Assembly: GCA_958009085.1 (NCBI GenBank)
Contig: OY253673.1
Location: 868,001-932,000 of the forward strand
Source: Protoeuglena noctilucae
Lineage: Eukaryota
Length of the DNA: 64,000 nt
Direction: 5' to 3'
Every line of letters begins with the position of its first letter. The stretch's first letter is position 1. This document shows positions 22,241 through 34,319 of the stretch, one piece after another. Below the pieces are notes generated by a model that saw only the letters and a list, made by a program, of their open reading frames with translations, did no database searches and was not told the DNA's origin. A program made the position numbers and the translations under genes.

Positions 22241-25200
22241 TCACTTGGACGACACGAGGGGCGTGCGTGACCTGGCGCGGGTGGCGGCGGCTCCCGAGGG
22301 GCCGGAGCCCGCGATGCGCCGCAAACTCGACGGGCGCAGAGAAGAGGAGGAGGAAGAGGAGGGGTTTGGCTGCGGGCGGGGCGTGACCAAGGGAGAGTCG
22401 GGAGGTCATACACAGCGCACCTGTCCCCGCAGGTATGGCGCCAGGACCCAGCAGGGTACGCGTGTCGATGGAGCGCCTGCTGTGCGCGAATGTGGCTCAT
22501 GGCGCGTCTGCGACCCACCTTGTTGCCATCGATGCTGTTCCGCGGCGTCAGCCCCTTCCCGGCAGAGGGCGCCCGTCGCTCGTTGATGAGCGGGAGCCGG
22601 CCTGCGTCCAGACCCGTGGGACTCACGCCAGGGGACGAGTCGCGCGCGCGAGGCGGGGAGCCGTTCCGGACCGTCGCGAGCGTGCTCGCGCTCCGCTGCC
22701 GCGCCACGAGCGCCGACGCCTCCGCGAGACTGCTGGCGCTCAGTCGCATGGACAGGGTGGAGGGGTCCACGGCGCTGCTGTTGCCACGGCGAGCCCGCAG
22801 CCCCGAGGCGACCCCAGGGGCCGGACCCGCGCCGGCCGGGCGGAGGCTGGCGCTGCGCAGCGCCTCGTGCAGGACGGGCGACAGGTCCACCTCCGCGTCC
22901 CCGGCAGGCGCTGCGGCCATCGGTGCACACCAGGGCCGTCATCGGCAGCCAGGATGGGATGTGACAACGAAGTTATGTGACCGCAGCCACTCACCCGCTT
23001 CGGCGAGGAAGACCCGTTCCCCGTTGGATAGCACGATCGGCTCGTGGGGGTCGCGGCGGCGGTACTGGCCCTTGCCGCCTTGCTCCCGCTCGGCCATCAG
23101 GAGCACCTCGGCCGTCAGCGGGGAGGCGCCATGTGCCTCCGCCAGCGCCCGCGCCGTGAGCCCCTCGGAGGTCTGCTTGAGGGCGCTCGACCGCATGAAC
23201 AGCGCCAGCAGCGCACAGCATCGGTGGAAGTTACGCATGGCGGCGCAGTGCAGCGCGGTGAGGCCGTGCACGCCGTCCACCTCCGTCGTCATCTCCAGGT
23301 AGGCGTCGCGGATGTGGTCGGGGAGGGAATGGAAGATGTACACCAGCATGGCCTCCTGCCCCGCCAGGGCCGCGCTGCGTGCGAGTGCAACGCGCAACGG
23401 TCATTGGAGCGCACGAGAGCCAGTCGCGCCGGCAGGTTCTCATCCACGCTCACCTGTGCGCGGGCGTGAGACCCCGGGTGGACGCCGCCGTGAGCCCGCG
23501 CCGGGACCGCGCGACGAGCAGGCGCATGAGCGTCGTGTCCCCCGCGGCCGCGCACGCGTGGAAGGGCGTCATGCCGTCGTTGTCCACCACGTGCGCGGGG
23601 TCCCAGTCCTCCCCGGTCCGCTCGAGCAAGAACCGCAGCGCCAGGGCGTTCCCTCCCCGCGTTCCGTGGTGCAGTACCGACAGACCGTCCGCATCCCGAT
23701 CCTGCACCGTGGCGCCCCCCTGCAGGAGCGCCGCCAGCACCCCCACGCGGCCCTTGCTCGCGGCCAGGTGCACCGCTTGCAGGCCTTTCCGGGAGGGGCC
23801 CTGCAGCACGGCCGCCTTCACCCCCACCGCCTCGGCGCGCTGCAGCAGAGCCTCCACGCACCCGTGGCTCCCGAACGCCGCCGCCGTGTGCAGCGGGCCC
23901 AGGCCCTCGTTGTCCGGCACAAGCAGCAGGTCCTTGAGCCGCTGTGGTGCCGCCGTGGGCCGGGCGTCGGGGCGCGCGGTCGGGGCCGGGCGCCACTCTT
24001 GCGACCCCTCCACCACCGCGCGGCAGACCTCGTCCAGGCGCAGCAGGGCCGAGGTCGTCTGGGGAGCGCCGACCATGCACGCCAGGTGCAGGGGGGTGCG
24101 GCCCCCCAGGCCCTTGGCTGCCACGTCGAGGGCGTGCGCGAGGGGCACGGCACGGTCGGGGCACGTGGCAACAATGGCCGTGGACGGGACAGGCTGTTCA
24201 TCGGCCGCTCCCTCTGCTTTGTCCCCCTCGCCCTGCTCCCGTCGCAGCGGCGACCCCGGCGGGGGCAGTTCCGCCTCAAAGGCTTTCCTGAGAGCCGTCT
24301 CCTCGGCCATTATGGCCTCCAGCTCACTTGCCAGGCGGTCCACGACCCCCAACGCGCCATACATGGCCGCGCAGTGCAGCGGGGTGTTGCCCTCCGCGTC
24401 CCTGACACTGGCGTCGGCCCCGGCACGCACCAGCAGGCAGCACGCGGCCTCGTGGCCGTGCTTGGCCGCCACGTGCAGCGGCGTGGCCGCAGTCCCGCTC
24501 TCAGAGCACGACACGGGGGCGCCGCCACGGAGCAGGACATCGAGGGTTCTGCGGCAGGAAAAGGTGGTTTGTTAGGACGATGTTACGGAGAAGCAACTCA
24601 GCCCAGGTGTTTTCCAAAGAAAGTCCAGCCGCCCACGCTGCCACTCGCCTGATGTCCCCGCTGCGCGCCGCTTCCAGCACCGCCTCGGGCCCTGCCCTGG
24701 CGCCCACGGCCGCCACCACGCGAGCCGCCGCGTCCGCCCCCGACGCGTCCCCAGGCCCCGTCTCCTCCACCCGCGCCTGCCCGGCCCCGACTGCACCCGC
24801 GTCAGCTTCCCTGTCCCCATCCAGGCCCATCCGGCGGCGCCCCGCCACCTCTGCCGCCTCCACCGCCCGCGCTCGCGCCTCGTGCGCCTTCGCGATCAGC
24901 TCCTGGACCCTCTGTTCCACGGTGGCCTCGGCGTCCCGAACGCGCCGGTCCGCATTGCGCTCAATCTCATCCCAGCGGGACTCGAAGCGCCCCTCGCACT
25001 CCCTCACGTACGCCTCATGCTGGGCCTGCAGCGCAGTAGCGGGGCCAAGCGTTGCGCGCCGGGGCATGGGCGGCCCGCGTGCACATGAGAGCGAGCCCCG
25101 CCGTCGCGAGCATGGCTCGCACCTGCAGCTCTTGCAGTGCCTTCTCTGCCGCCTCCGCCCGAGCCACCGCCTCTGCCGCCCTGGCCTCTGCGTCGGCCGC

Positions 25201-27145
25201 TGCGTTCTTGGCCGCCTCCTCCACCGCAGCCAGGCGTGCCTGGGCGTCCATGGCGCGGGCCTTCTGCACGGCCGCCTCCAGCCGCGCCTCCTCCAGAGAC
25301 GCCTCGAGTGCCGCCGACCCGGAGGACACCGCCGCCAGTTGCTGCGCTGCCTCGCGCTCCCGCGACTCAAGGTCCTCGTGCCCCGCGCTCTGGCTGCGCA
25401 GGCGCTCCTCGGCCTCGTGCAGGCGCGCCACGGTCTCCCGGTGCTGCCGGGCCAGGTCCTGCGAGGGATGGGGCCGCAGCTGGGGTCAGGTGACACCTGA
25501 CGTCGCTCCTTCCGCTCCGTCCCCGAAGCGCATCAGCCCTGCCCCGCACGCCGCACGCAAGCAGTCACCTCCACGACCTGCCGCAGCTGAGAGCTCTCCT
25601 CCTGAGCCTTGGCCAGCAGACCCTGCGTCTCCTCCCTGCACGGTCACAGAGCCAGCCACGTTAGATTCGCATCCCGGAGTCCCAAGCTGACACACGCTTC
25701 TGTCAGCTACGGCGCTTGCCCCACCGCGCCGCTCACCGCGTCGCCTCGGCACGCTCTCTTTCGGCGTGGGCCGCGCTCGCCAGCTGCTGGATGCGGGCCT
25801 TCTCCTCCTCCATCCGCGCCACCGACCGCGACAGGGCGTCGAACTTGGTCCTCGACTCGTCCGCGCGCTGCTCCAGCGACTGCATCCTCTCCTTCAGTGT
25901 GTCGCTCAGCGTCGAGGCTGCCGACGCCGCTGCCTTGGCCTCGCGGGCCGCGTTCCGCGCATCCTTCGCCCGCCGCGCCTCGTCCGCGAGGGCGCCCTCC
26001 AGCTCCTTCACCCGCCGCTGCTCCTCCAGCAGCTTCCGCTCAAGCTCGAAATGCGCCTCCTTCTGCCTGCGTGCGCGTGGTAAGCCGCCGACCTCACCCA
26101 GGCGGCAGCGAGGGGCCGCATTCGAGCTCGGTGCCCTGAGTGGCAAAGCACTTCTCCTGCCCTGTGCTCACTTTGCCAGCGCCAGGAGCGTCTCGTCCCG
26201 TTCACCCTCGACCTTGAGCACGTGCCTCTGCGCGGCCTCCAAGCTCGCCAGCACGTTGCTGTCCTGCTCCCGCACGGCATCTCCTGCGGGCGAAGGAGGC
26301 GCGGCGTTGTTGTGGAAACCGCAGCTGGCTGGCACTTGATGGCAGCTCCCGGCGCAGCGGGGGTTGCGCCCTCGTGGGGACGACTCACCCAGGGCCTGGT
26401 CGGCGCGAAATACATCTCGCTCGTGCTTCACCTGCGACACAGGGGTACACGGGAGTCGCGCGAGCGCTTGCAAATGTCCACCAGAGTGCGTGGCCGGACC
26501 CGGCAAGGAATGCAACTCACCACCTCGAGCTCCAGCTCGAGCGTGCGCACGTGCGCGGACCGGTCTTTCACCAGCGCTTGCAAACTTTCCACTTTCTCGA
26601 GCAGCTCGCGCTTCTCCGCGTCCCGGCGAAAGAGCAGCGCCTGCGGAGGGCGAAAACAGGTGCGGCTCCATGTCTGGCGCCGTGGAGCGCCGCTGCGGTG
26701 GGCCCCGGGGCCCCTGTGCCCCCAACCAAGTCCTACATGCAGTTTACCTCAATGTCTGTCTTGAATCGCTCGAGATTCTCAATCGTGGCTGCGTCACCGG
26801 CCGCCCTCTCTTGCAGACGCTGCACGACGAGGAGCTGGAGCCGTTTCACGAAGCAAATGGCTCCATCGAGCACATTGCACCCGTAGCTACACCTTGAGCA
26901 GTCGTCTCGCCTGCAGCTTCCGCAGTTGATCAGCGACAGTCTCCTGCAACTCCTGTTGCCGTTTTAGGGCCGCCAGGAGACGCTCATGATGGTCCTCTCC
27001 CTGAGCACAAGCAAGCCGCGAATAGTGGGAGCAGGGGACAGCGTGCCGGAGAGTCCACGGCGAGAAAAGGCGGTGGAGATGCGGCAGCCCACTCCCAACT
27101 CGCCTTCCCTCCCCGCACGCCGTTCTCCGGTGCGCCGCTCATCAT
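22241..27145 (-). CDS. Large protein with long N-terminal coiled coil followed by ankyrin repeats and a Ser/Arg-rich tail; ends approximate
   Basis: Heptad-rich exons at 27000-24650 splice in frame ('AARSGDIR|TLDVLLRGGAPVS') into ankyrin motifs 'TPLHVAAKHGH', 'GNTPLHCAAMYG', 'GRTPLHLAC', 'GLGPLHTAAAFG', 'GMTPFHACAAAG', 'GLTALHCAAM'. Confidence 0.8.
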
Positions 27146-27451
27146 TCAGACGCTCAGGAGAGCCAGGGACATGCACGACGCATGTCTACCGGCGCCACAG
27201 TGGAGCTGCTGTGGAGTGAGGTGTGGGCAGGCTAGGCGGGAAGGTACTGGATGAGCACCGGGCCCGCCGGCGATTCAAGCCAACGCACGCGACGAAGATG
27301 CTTTAAAGTTTTGGATGCCAATGAGGATGACAGGCAGGCGCCACTGAGCGGGTGCCCTCCCCAACCCTACCCGGAGCGCCAAGCGGACGCTTCCGTCGTC
27401 CTGGCGCAATAAGAGCGCTATAGGCGAGCAGACCCGCACCCACGGAGACGC

Positions 27452-29193
27452 CTACTTGAGCAACGCGACGACCGCCTTTTGCTCGTTCAGCTCCGCCACC
27501 TCCTTGGCCGTCTTGCCCTCCTCGTTCTTGGCCGACACGTCCGCCTTGTGGTCGAGCAGCAGCTTGACGATGTCCGCCTGCCCGTACCCGGCAGCGTAGT
27601 GCAGCGCGGTATTATTGTTGTTGTCACCGACGTTGGGGCTCGCGCCCGCCTCCAACAGCACCTGGGAGCGGGGACGCAGCAGGGTCATGTCCCAGCCTGA
27701 GCTGCAGCTCCCCCTTTACGCGGGTCCCGGAGTCACAGCCACGCTAGCGCGCAGCATCCACGGCTGCAGGCGACGGCCTCCGCGCCCGGCCTCACCTTCG
27801 CGCACTCGAACTCCCCGTACCCGCACGCGAAGTGGATCGCCGTGCGGCCCTCCTCGTCCTTCTCCTCCAAGTCCGCGCCGCCCTTGATGAGCTCCGCGAG
27901 CTTCTTCGCATCGCCGTCCGCCGCCGCCCCAAGCAGCGTGTCCGGGGCGGGGCCCTCCTCCCCGTCCGCCGCCTCCTGCCCCTCCTCCGCCGGCGCCCCC
28001 ACGTTCGGCATCAGGTCCCCCATGGCCTCGCCGAACTGCGCGTGCAGGAGCAAAGACAACGCATTCTGCCCGCAGCAAACGCATTTCCTTGCTCCCCAGC
28101 TCGCATCCCCCTCGTGGCCTCGTGGCCCCGGCACTGCTTCGGCGACAGCTTCCGTCCCGACAAAACACACCTTGGCCAGGATTTCGGGGTTGTTCCAGTG
28201 CTTCATCATTCCCTCCATGCCCTGCTCCTGCATGTCCTTGATGACCGGCCCGAGGTCGGGGTCGTCCTTGAGCTGGTTCATGCGTTCCTGCATCTTGGTC
28301 TGCATGGAGGGGTCCTGCAGCACTCCCATGAAGGGCGCGACGGTGGGGTCCTTCATGATCTGCTGGCCGACCTGAGGGCAGGGGAGGGGCAGGGCCACGT
28401 CACTGCGGAAGTCGACGCCGCGAGGCTCTCCTGCCGGACACCGCGTGCTCGCGCGCGTTCGCCTCGCCTTCTCAGCCATCTGCATGAAGGACGGGTTCGC
28501 CAGGAGGTTCTGCATGGCGCTCATGTAGCCGCCCATCCCGGCCCCTCCCATGCCGAAATCCATCCCCCTCGGAGGGGCTCCCGCGCCGTCCGAGTCCCCA
28601 GAGCCCTGCGAGACGACGGAAGCATGTGATACACGCGGCGACGGACCGGCGGCGCGGACTCGAGCGCGCACGGGGCGGATTTACCTCCCCCGCGCCCATC
28701 GCAGCCTGCATCTGCCGGGCCAGGGCCTGGAACTGCGGGTCGTGAGAGATCTGCTCGGCCATGGCCTTGATGGACGGGTCCTGCGGGGAGGGGCGGGGAG
28801 GGCCGCCGCCCATTGCCGCGCCTGGCTCGGGCACTGCGAGAAGCCTCCCTCGGGGACGCGAGCGCGCGCCTATAGGGCAACGGCGCCGTGTGCGCGAACG
28901 TCACAAACGCTTCATGCGATTCTCTCGCGGCCTTTCTCGATCGCTAGGCTCGCAGGGGAGCGGAAGTGAGCGCGACCGCTTCGCGCGGCCGAGAACACCG
29001 GGGCAGGACGCACGAGCCGTGCCCGTCCCGCTGTCCAGGACCGAACGACAGCGGCGGAGCGGGGACGAGACGCGTTCCCCCGCTGCTGCGGCTCCTGCCC
29101 CTCCTCCTCCGTCCAGGAGGGGAAGGAACCCACGAGGAGACTCACGTTGAGGATCGAGCTCAACGAGCTCATGTCGAAGGGCATGCCAGCCAT
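27452..29193 (-). CDS. AKR2: Ankyrin repeat protein AKR2 (STI1 + ankyrin; chaperone for chloroplast outer-membrane proteins)
   Basis: 'FDMSSLSSILN|DPSIKAMAEQISHDPQF', 'YMSAMQNLLANPSFMQMAEK', 'KDDPDLGPV...MKHWNNPEILAK', 'DEEGRTAIHFACGYGE', 'NTALHYAAGYG'. Confidence 0.93.
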
Positions 29194-29320
29194 CGTGGGC
29201 CGGGCTGAATTGCTCGCCACAGGAAAATTGGCTGGGTCCTGGCCGTGCGGGCGTGGCCGGGCTCGCGACACCGTGCTGTTGATGCGACTGAGTCCGTGGA
29301 TGATCCACGACACAAGATAT

Positions 29321-29929
29321 TCAACGAATGAGGGGTGTCGGTACTAGGGGTGTCAGCCAAACGAGCTTAGGGAAAAGTGGGGGGGCCGTTCCGTGTGCCG
29401 TCCTCCTGAACGAACGGAAGCGACCGGAGGTCGGCCCAGCCGTCATTGGCCCCGGAGGTCCTTCATGCCCTTCCGCAGCTCTTCCCGGAACGCCGCGAAG
29501 GCCGAGCTGCCGCTGCGGGCGCGGGGAAGGCCTTTCCAGCCGTCAGGCCTGTCCAGTACACCCAAGCAAGTAGCGAGGTCTATATGGGGAGCAGAGCATT
29601 GACCCAGGTGCGGCTCCAGTCTGTCCCCCCCCTTGGTGCCCGCACCTGTCCCTCTCCGCGGACGACGCGGACGATGCCACCTCCGAGCCCTTCTGCCGGA
29701 GCGACCTCAGCGCATGGTCGGTGCGCACGGCGAACTTCTGGAACGTCACGCTGCGAAGCGGGGCAGGGGGCAAGGGTGCTGCCGCGCGTCCCGGGGCCTG
29801 TGCGCGCCACACCACACCGGGGGGTTCGCGAGACGAGACGCAGAGGCAGCTCGGGACCCACCTGTTGGCGAGCCTGTCGATCAGGACCTCGTTGGCGAGC
29901 CAGGACACGACCCTCTGCACAAACGACAT
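29321..29929 (-). CDS. Small conserved protein of unknown function (plant 'VANEL..LANSPAFQRFAVRT'-type family), 3 exons; 3' end approximate
   Basis: 'MSFVQRVVSWLANEVLIDRLANS|VTFQKFAVRT...AFREELRKGMKDL', canonical GT-AG introns. Confidence 0.7.
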
Positions 29930-30157
29930 CGGGGTCCGGCGAGGGAGCGAGCGCTGGTCCACGTGCGCGCGAGACCTGCGTGACTGCCGAGCCCGCGGGC
30001 CCTCTCGCCGCACCTGGCCCGAGGCTGAGTCGAGTCAGTCAGACGGAGAGGGAGTCAGGGGCCCGTCCCTTCACACCCAGCCCCCGCGCGCGCAATCACG
30101 CTCAGCTAGCACGCGTTTCTCCCAGGCACCGTCCCCGGTACCCGCGCCGGTGCACGG

Positions 30158-31479
30158 ATGTCGGCTCTCGTCGCTCGCGCTTCGCTCCTGGCCCGGCCGG
30201 CCGCGTCGCAGCCGGCCGGTCGGGGTGCGCAGGCCGCATGCGTCCGCGCGCTCCCCCCCTCGGCTCGGTGAGCGTTCGGGACGCGCTCGCCCAGCCCGCC
30301 CGAACTTATCGGGTTGCGCCCGCCGTGGGCGCGGCCCTCGTGGGCACGGCATGAGCAGCCGTCTCGCTCGGGGGCTCGCGGACGTGCTGGCGCGCCCGGA
30401 TGCGCGCGGGCGCTTCCCGGCGTCGCGTCCCGCCCCGTCGTCGCGGACCCAGCGCCGCCGCGAGGACGACCTTGCCCCCATTTGATTTTCTGCTTGTTGT
30501 AAACGCGATGGCGACGCGACATCGCCGCCAGCGTCGCCCTCGACCTTACATGCGGCTGGGGGGATCTGCAGTGTGGCCGGGCGCGAGAGGGCCTGCGTGG
30601 GCCTTCCTGCGACCGGGCACGGCACCGGTGGGGGAGCTCGACCGCACACGCATCGCCGCTGTCCGCAGGGAGGTTGCCAAGCCCGCTGCCGTCCTGCTCG
30701 TGTCCAACCTCATCGCGGCTTCCCCCGCGATGGCCGGCAACGTGTTCGACTTCAACCTCACGATGCCCATCATGATGGGTCAGTTCCTGCTGTTGATGGT
30801 GTTCCTGGACAAGGTGAGCCGCGCGGAGCAGGGGCCGCGGCGACTGCGCGGTTCGCTCGCGCCAGCAGGCGCCTCAACCTGCCCGATCCCCGCCGCAGAC
30901 GTGGTTCGGGCCCGTGGGGAAGGTTCTGGATGAGCGCGACGCCAAGCTCCGGAGTATGCTGGCGGCGGTGAAGGACAACTCGGCGGAGCTTTCCCGGCTC
31001 GCGGCCGAGGCGGAGGAGGAGCTCAAGGCCGCCCGCGCGGAGGCCCAGGCGCGCATCGCGGAGGTCAAGGTGCGGAACCGCTTCGGTGCCCCGCCGGGCC
31101 GCTGGGGACGGGGACGGCGCGGGCGGTCCTGGCTCAGCCGCGTTGCGTCATCCGCTCGCCTGCCCCCGCTCTGCGCAGGCCGCGACGCAGAAGGAGTGCG
31201 AGGCGAAGCTCGCGGCGGCCAAGTCCAAGGTGGACAGCGAAGTGAACATGGCGCTGGCCCAGGTGCGACGCGCAGCACTGGCGCTGGGGACGGCAGCACT
31301 GCAGGCATGGGGCTTGCATGGGACAGGCTGGTGGCAGGGCGGCGTGCGACGCCGCGGCCCCCTTGCGCTCGCAGCTGGAGTCGGAGAAGCAGGCCGCGAT
31401 GGCCAACCTGGACAAGCAGGTGTCGGTGATGGCGGACGAGATCCTCAAGCGCATCCTCCCCGAGGGTGTCCGCGCGTGA
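30158..31479 (+). CDS. ATPG: Chloroplast ATP synthase CF0 subunit b' (II), with transit peptide, 5 exons
   Basis: Exon 1 'MSALVARASLLARPAASQ...' is transit-peptide-like. Then 'ASPAMAGNVFDFNLTMPIMMGQFLLLMVFLDK|TWFGPVGKVLDERDAKLR' and 'LDKQVSVMADEILKRILPEGV'. Confidence 0.96.
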
Positions 31480-32431
31480 GTTGGCACACTGACCTCGACC
31501 TAGCTTCGCGGTTATTGAAACGAGCCGCAGCCGACGTCGCCCCAATGCTGGGCTGCAACTGAAATGCTAGGGAACATAGGGACGCAAGGCCAGGAATCGC
31601 AGGACGGGGGCGCATGGCCCCAAGCCAAGGGCGCGTATACGGCCCGAGTCTATGTATGAGCTGAGAACGCGGGACAGCCAAACGCCCGGTCTCGCCACGC
31701 TAGGACTAAGTTGATGCCCCGCTCAGGGGCGTGAGGTATTCCGATCGTGACACGAAGGAGGCTCAAAGAGGCTAAAATTGCAAGTCAATGGGGTCGCCCG
31801 GGATCAGCGTCATCGCTCGCGAACAGGGGCCGTTTCGGCAATCCTGCTCCACTGGGCTTGAACCATCAGCAAACAACATGCCGCTAGGGGGGGGGGTGGG
31901 GACCCGTGGAGTGCGGGGGGGGTATGGGTGCATACAACAGAAGGCAAGTGCCGCGGGATACGGATGGACGGGCGGGGCGCAACTGAGACGATGGGAGGCA
32001 ACAGGCAGCGAGCAGGCCGTGTCCGAAGGGTGCGCGGGGCGCTGCTCGAGATTGGGTGCAAGGGCCGCAAGGCTACGCGCTTCTTATTGTGGAATTCCCA
32101 GAATTCCCAGCCTTGTAGAGAGGCTGGGGGCCAGGTGGAGGAGTGCCAAGCACAGCACAACAGGGGGGGGGGAAGGGAGGGAGATAGGGAGGGGTGGGTG
32201 GGGGGAAGACAAACATAGGTGCCGAGGAACAAAAAAACCTCTAAATCCGTAGTCAGGCTAGGACAACTACGGAAATTATGCGGCGTCGGTCTCTCCGCGG
32301 TGAGAGCGTGAGGGTGCGGGGGGAATACGAGGGCCGGTGGTGCCAAAGCTGCAAGCTGGAAGGGCGGTGTGTGATCCCAGAGTCCCCGTGGGGCAATACA
32401 CGGAATCGACTGCCGTAGGATGGGGTGGGCG

Positions 32432-33905
32432 CTACCCGGAGGAGGCAAAGGAAGATCCTGAGAATGACGGAATGCTGCTGCGGGGTGAGGTGGCTGAGCT
32501 GTTGGGCCAAGTGAGCCCGCCCTGCATGAGGAGGGCGACGTGGGCGGCTAGGAGGTTGATGTCGAGTCCAGTGTGCGGAGTGGGAGTGGGGTGAGGGGTC
32601 TGCGTGGGGCCGCGAGCGGACCGAGGGTCACGAGCGCGCAGGCAGAGGCACCGACCGTGGGGAAAACCCAGTGTGCCACTCACTTGCAGCGTCGTGTGGG
32701 AGGGCGTCCGTGAAGCGGCCTGAGGGCAGGTGGGAGGGGGGGTTTCGTGAGACGATGTCCCAGAGAGCCTGGGGAGACGGGACTCGCCGGACGCCGCGTG
32801 CGCACCTGGCCTGGCGTGTGGGCCTGGCCCGCTTCCCTCCTGCTGGTCTTGGCGAAGCGGACGATCAGGGGGCGCTGGCCGCCGGGCAGGACGCGGTTGT
32901 GCAGGGTTGCGACGGCATGGGCCGCCTCGGGCACCGAGCCCATCTGGACCAGCGCGGCCACGGGCAGGCCGACGGCGTGTGCAGCCAGGACGCGGCAGGA
33001 GACGACGCGGCCGCTGGCGGAGAAGAGGTGCACGATGTCCCGGATGCCCCAGTGGGTCGGGAGACCCTTGGTGTAGACGTTGTCGTGCTGGGCGGGCGAG
33101 GACAGGTCCGGCACCCCACCCTCAGGATTGCTCAGGCTGAACTCGACGACGAGGGTCCGGCCGTCCACGGGGAATCTGGGCGCGGGGGTAAGGGGCGGCG
33201 TGGGGCTCAGAAATATGCGCAGGGATGCCATGCCCATGCGTATGGGTGGCAGCTCTCACCCGGTCACGTTCTGCTGGGCCACGCGCGCCTCCGCGGGCGT
33301 CGCGAATTTCACGAAGCCGTAGCCGCGGGAACGCCCCGTCCGTCGACACCTCGCGATGAAACACGACTCGACCGTGCCGCAGAGTCTGCGGTTAGGAAAA
33401 TCGCTCGCCTCCGAGGCGGCCAAAGGCACCTTGCCGGCCGCCCACGCCATCATATGCATCCCATGCGCGCAACGGGCCGGCGCTCACCCGAATAGGGCCA
33501 GCAGGTGCGGTTCGCCCCAGCCCTTGGGCAAATTGGCGACGAACAGGTTTGACTGGGCGCCAGGGTCCGTGGGCTGCATGAACGGGACCTGCGCCGCGTG
33601 GGAGACGGATGGCGCGGCGGTGACGGCGCCGTCCGGCCCGATCCCGCCCATGGCGGGAAGATGGGGGTAGGCATGCGAGTCCGTCCAAGCACCGGGCGCG
33701 GGCGCCTGCGCGTCCCAGAAGCCGGTACATGCGGATCCCAGACCTGCGGGAGTGGCAAGGCAGCTCCCAATCGCCTCGGCACGGCGACATGCGCGAGAGA
33801 AGCCCGAGGAGGTCGCTGCGCTCATGCATCACGTGGCCGCGCCCGCCCAGCTCCCCCCGACGACCCTCAGCGAGCACCTTGCGACATGGCGAAATTGGCG
33901 TTCAT
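32432..33905 (-). CDS. RNA-binding protein with two RRMs (ELAV/CELF-like spacing); ends approximate
   Basis: RNP2 'NLFVANLP', RNP1 'SRGYGFVKF', second RRM 'NVYTKGLP...ALVQM...PLIVRFAK'. Confidence 0.85.
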
Positions 33906-34319
33906 GTCGGCCGAACCAGCGTGGCGAAGGCACGCCTTGTCGCAGATCCTTTGAAAAAGACCTTTTCTCGTGAGCGAGCCTGCGCAGATGTACGGGCACA
34001 TACGCTCGTTCGACGTCATAATATCACCCATGGCGCTGTTTCCGAACCACGTCCAAGCTCCCTCGCGAGAATCCGCCTCACCGCCTTGTCGTTCGGAGGT
34101 GCCTTTGGGATCGGGGCCTCCCTCGCCCGTAATCTGTTCTCAATGACGCGGTTCTGGACGGTCGCAGGCCATTTCTGAGGCCGTGGCCCGCGAGCTGCTG
34201 CCAGTATATATCACAGGGTTTTAGTCCTCTCGCTCCCCCCGACCGTGTGCCAGCAGACAGACCCAAATGACGCCTGGCTCGCCACGTTGCGCATAGGCTT
34301 GCCGACTCCATCGACAACC

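Noticed and set aside
30508..30668. Alternative atpG start at 30508 (MATRHRR...)
   Set aside because: It lies inside intron 1. The exon starting at 30158 gives a better transit peptide and canonical splicing.
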